Source: an uncultured delta proteobacterium (GTDB taxonomy: Bacteria > Desulfobacterota > Syntrophobacteria > Syntrophobacterales > Syntrophobacteraceae). Taken from it: a DNA stretch of 64,000 bases. The DNA lies in the NCBI GenBank assembly GCA_963808625.1, contig CAWEHK010000029.1, positions 160,001 through 224,000 on the forward strand, in the 5' to 3' direction. Numbering within the stretch: position 1 is the stretch's first letter; the number at the start of each line of letters is the position of its first letter. The notes below the pieces were generated by a model. That model saw nothing but the letters and a program-made list of their open reading frames with translations. It searched no databases and had not been told where the DNA came from. Below are positions 59,906-64,000 of the stretch, in pieces. A program made the position numbers and the translations under genes.

Positions 59906-61436
59906 GTTGCCCTCCACCTGGCTGAGTTATGGGAGTGAACACATAAAGCACCAGGTTGCGCCCGAACCTCAGTTCCCGCGTCTCCCGCAGCGCTCTCAGG
60001 GTCTTGATGGTTTCCATATTCGGGTCAACCATCAGACGCTGCTCTTCGTGGTTGACCAGATAGATCCTCCCCTTTGTTGTCGCGTTCAGGGCCTTGGCAA
60101 AGTCACTCGCCGTTTCTCCCTCGGGTTTGTCAGTCAGGACCGACATCCGGCTTGCCTTGAGCTTGTCGGAGGTGAGCTTGCCGAGGCTTAAATATTCCTC
60201 GGTGCCGGAATAAAATAAAATCACGTCCGATGCCTCTGCTTCTGTGGATAGCACGCCATTCAACCCGGTCCAATCCATCCTTCTGCTGTAGTCATTGGGG
60301 AGAAAAATGAAATGGAAAAGAGAAACCAGGACAACACAAGCATAGCTGCCAATAACCAAATACCCGAATTTCGACTTGGCTAGGGAGCCAAAAGAGACCA
60401 GCATCAAAAAAAAGTACGGCGCCCAGATAGCCGCGAGATGCTTTTCCCGCAAAAGCGTCCGCCCCGAAAGGCCAGCCAGAATTCCTATGGCTAGTGGTAG
60501 TGTGAAGCTAACCGCAAAAAACCAAAAATATCTGATTCTCCCGGTCGTCGCTCGGACCATGCCAAAAGCGAGGCCTATCAGAGCGATAGCAGTTAGGTTC
60601 ACCATCAGAAGATTGTCCCTGAGTACTGCTATTGAGAAATTTCTGCCTGGATCCAAAGGGGGTAGGTTAAACGTACTAAACCCGAAATTCAGTGAAACCA
60701 TCAGGCGAGCGAAAAAGTTAAATGGGCTGAAATAAGTTGTTGCCCAATCATCCTGAACATAGCCGGCATATTGCTCCTTTGGTATATTAACCAGCCAAAT
60801 GAAGACCGGCAGCAGCACTGCAAAAACAATCAGTAAGGCACCAATAGAATATGGACTTAGACGCCTTTTAGTTGCGATATAATAAAGAGCTGCACTCACA
60901 AGCTGAAGTGAAAAGAAATAGTGTGTCAAAGCTCCGCCTAAGGCTACTATCGATAAAAAAACCATATTACTGATATTTTCTTCTTCCATAAAGTTTATAA
61001 AAAACCATGCCAGTGTTAAAGATAGGAATATGATCATGGCGTATGATCTTCCTTCCGCAGCAAACTCTAGCAAAAAGGGCGATGAAGCCACTAGCATAGC
61101 TGAAGGCAGGAAGTAATTTACCCCCAGAATCCTCCTGGCAAGCCAAGGTGTCATGATGACAACTCCAATCGCCGAGATTATGCTGGGAAGTCTTATTGAC
61201 CAGGGTTGATGCACTGTAAGATAGGATGCCTTCGCAAGAACAAAATAGAGGGGCGGGTGGATAATCGAATCCCGTCTAAGTACCGCCCAAAAATTGACAT
61301 CTGTAATCAGTTTGTAGGTATGTCCTAGTTCATCGCTGTAGAGATCATCGGTAATATGATAGGCATACAATAATAATGATGTCAGTACCAGTATCCAATA
61401 TGAAAAAAAGCTGTTATGGTTCCTAAAATCTATCAT
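59898..61436 (-). CDS. GT-C fold glycosyltransferase (ArnT/PMT-like)
   Basis: SDE, HPPLYF, RLPS, EGRSYA, THYF; multi-TM. Confidence 0.88.
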   Translation of the reverse strand: MIDFRNHNSFFSYWILVLTSLLLYAYHITDDLYSDELGHTYKLITDVNFWAVLRRDSIIHPPLYFVLAKASYLTVHQPWSIRLPSIISAIGVVIMTPWLARRILGVNYFLPSAMLVASSPFLLEFAAEGRSYAMIIFLSLTLAWFFINFMEEENISNMVFLSIVALGGALTHYFFSLQLVSAALYYIATKRRLSPYSIGALLIVFAVLLPVFIWLVNIPKEQYAGYVQDDWATTYFSPFNFFARLMVSLNFGFSTFNLPPLDPGRNFSIAVLRDNLLMVNLTAIALIGLAFGMVRATTGRIRYFWFFAVSFTLPLAIGILAGLSGRTLLREKHLAAIWAPYFFLMLVSFGSLAKSKFGYLVIGSYACVVLVSLFHFIFLPNDYSRRMDWTGLNGVLSTEAEASDVILFYSGTEEYLSLGKLTSDKLKASRMSVLTDKPEGETASDFAKALNATTKGRIYLVNHEEQRLMVDPNMETIKTLRALRETRELRFGRNLVLYVFTPITQPGGGQHE

Positions 61437-61546
61437 AAGCTAGCTTAAAACAATTCTTTTATGATGCCATATAAACAAAGTGTAATGCTTAATTGAAACA
61501 GTAAATAAGACACAATATAAATTTAGATGACTGCACAGAATAAGTA

Positions 61547-62830
61547 TTAATATTTCTGCCTTATACGAGCTGCAAGGTGTGACCCTTGCAAGGCTTTAGT
61601 GGGATATTTGGGCTGCTCTATGTCCTCAGCATTCACTTTCTTAGAGGCTGCATAAGCAAGTCCGAGGATGGTGAACTGAAGGTTCTCGAAAAATTGGCAA
61701 TAAAGAACGATGTTGTCAGTATACATGAACATAAGGAGCGGAATGAAGGAAGAGGCACCAGCATAAAACAGTATTTTGGCCAGTCCCTCGTTTCGTCGGG
61801 CTTGAATCCAGGCGTGAAGGCTCTGACAAAAAGCACAAAATAGAAACAAACCAAGCCCAACATATCCATAATCAAAGCGGATACGGAGAAAATCGTTATG
61901 TGGCTGACCTGAAAACCCAACCCTGGACTGAATGAACCGTTCATTAGCATTTGCTCCAAATCCAAACCAGGGAGAGCGCTTCATTTCCTCGGTCATGAGA
62001 TCCCAAAGGTAAGCACGTCCAGTTGTGTAAAAATTAGGGTTTTCAAAACTCACATCACCCAAATCTCCGAAGCCTGTGTAGAACATCTTGCGCTGTACTC
62101 GTTCCGTGTAGAAGATACCAGTGCCAACAAAAACAATCACTAGAAGTGCCAGGATTCTGGTCTTCAACTTTATGGGTGCAAGAGAGGCCGGAAAGGTCAT
62201 CAGGGTGGCTGCAATTCCCATTCTGGTCAGGCCAATGACAGGAACAGCAGCCAAAGCGAACCAATAATATAAGGCGGATCTGTCTTTTTCAACCGCATAA
62301 ATAGCCACAAATAGGGTTGCTAACAAGCAGGCGGACATAGCTTGTGGTGCGAGTCCGGAAGTTTCTGGCAAGGTTCCGCCTATTGCCCCAGTGTAAATCA
62401 GGATAGAAATAAAGAAGATTATGCAGCCTCTTTTGAGGTAGATTTTAAGAATATTGACTTCGAGGCCTCTAAGCTCATAAGTTGACACGGCCATCCCGAC
62501 GAATATTGGGCAAACCATCATGACGGTTCTTTGCAGTGCGTTGGGGAACTCGGAAAGCGTCAGATATAGAAACAATGTGGCTATCCATGGACTCCACAGC
62601 AACCAGGGGAAATCGCTCTTTCGCCAATTTCGGGCGAGTATACCTAGGGAAAGACAGAATGTTGCCAGCCACAGATAACCGCGGGAGGAAAAACCTAAGA
62701 AGGTAAAGTCAAAGGCTGTTGTGCAGACTAAAATAGTGCTGAAAAATACAAAACTAGCCAGAGCAGGTGTTTTACCCGACCGGGGCTTTATGGACGAACG
62801 CTGATTATCCTTGATGTATAAGGCATCGTA
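61547..62830 (-). CDS. O-antigen polymerase/ligase family protein (start codon unclear)
   Basis: TRMG, TTGR..LW, PWFGFG, PHNDFL. The frame is open to ~62839 but has no canonical start. Confidence 0.8.
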   Translation of the reverse strand, partial: YDALYIKDNQRSSIKPRSGKTPALASFVFFSTILVCTTAFDFTFLGFSSRGYLWLATFCLSLGILARNWRKSDFPWLLWSPWIATLFLYLTLSEFPNALQRTVMMVCPIFVGMAVSTYELRGLEVNILKIYLKRGCIIFFISILIYTGAIGGTLPETSGLAPQAMSACLLATLFVAIYAVEKDRSALYYWFALAAVPVIGLTRMGIAATLMTFPASLAPIKLKTRILALLVIVFVGTGIFYTERVQRKMFYTGFGDLGDVSFENPNFYTTGRAYLWDLMTEEMKRSPWFGFGANANERFIQSRVGFSGQPHNDFLRIRFDYGYVGLGLFLFCAFCQSLHAWIQARRNEGLAKILFYAGASSFIPLLMFMYTDNIVLYCQFFENLQFTILGLAYAASKKVNAEDIEQPKYPTKALQGSHLAARIRQKY

Positions 62831-62994
62831 ACTCAGTTTCTAAAAGAAGAAGACCCTCAGCTTCACAGATTTCTAAGGTACAAGAACAGCCTGTAAAACC
62901 GTCATCAAAACTGCTTCTAAGGATTGCCTCATGCTAGAAAAGGCATTCTTAACGGTTTGCTCTTGAAGAATATTGACATGGTCAAAGTATTATC

Positions 62995-63896
<902 letters not shown>

Positions 63897-63939
63897 CTAC
63901 GGTTCGCCCCGGCGGCGTCAAGTCACGCCGGCGGGCGCA

Positions 63940-64000
63940 TCAGAACAGGTTGCTCATGTTCTGCGACAGGATGACGGTCTGATCGAGGAAGATGTGCCGG
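63940..64000 (-). CDS. 3' end of an aromatic ring-hydroxylating dioxygenase beta subunit
   Basis: RHIFLDQTVILSQNMSNLF*. Confidence 0.7.
   Translation of the reverse strand, partial: RHIFLDQTVILSQNMSNLF

Overview
This looks like a Desulfobacterota (Syntrophobacter-like, inferred from the tmRNA tag and gene content) chromosomal segment. It contains many single-base frameshifts, so it is probably an imperfectly polished long-read or metagenomic assembly. The left half (1-31 kb) is mostly housekeeping: AsmA-like gene, tmRNA, YitT, typA, vapBC, DEAD-box helicase, SBBP/PKD surface protein, FecR/DUF6600 protein, porin-like protein, gltX, tRNA-Val and tRNA-Asp, nudC, peptide-binding protein, DUF62, EamA, IMPase and an M24 peptidase. 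The right half (31-63.7 kb) is a Wzy/Wza/Wzc-type surface polysaccharide locus, interrupted between 46 and 56 kb by many toxin-antitoxin and nuclease genes and by duplicated glycosyltransferase 3' ends. Unusual features: (i) about 20 intergenic tandem arrays with a 7-nt period but at least 8 different unit sequences, and mutually inverted arrays enclose both four-helix-bundle (IVP/Avd-like) genes; (ii) one array appears to lie inside the wza signal-peptide region and sets its reading frame; (iii) a cohesin-like / IPTL-CTERM-like / second signal peptide / dockerin-like polyprotein lies next to a free dockerin-like protein; (iv) a ~150 bp MITE family occurs in 7 copies, one interrupting hicA with a perfect 3-bp target duplication; (v) a degenerate c-di-GMP-I (GEMM) riboswitch candidate lies upstream of the export operon; (vi) there is an abrupt, probably chimeric, junction at ~63735 into aromatic dioxygenase pathway genes.
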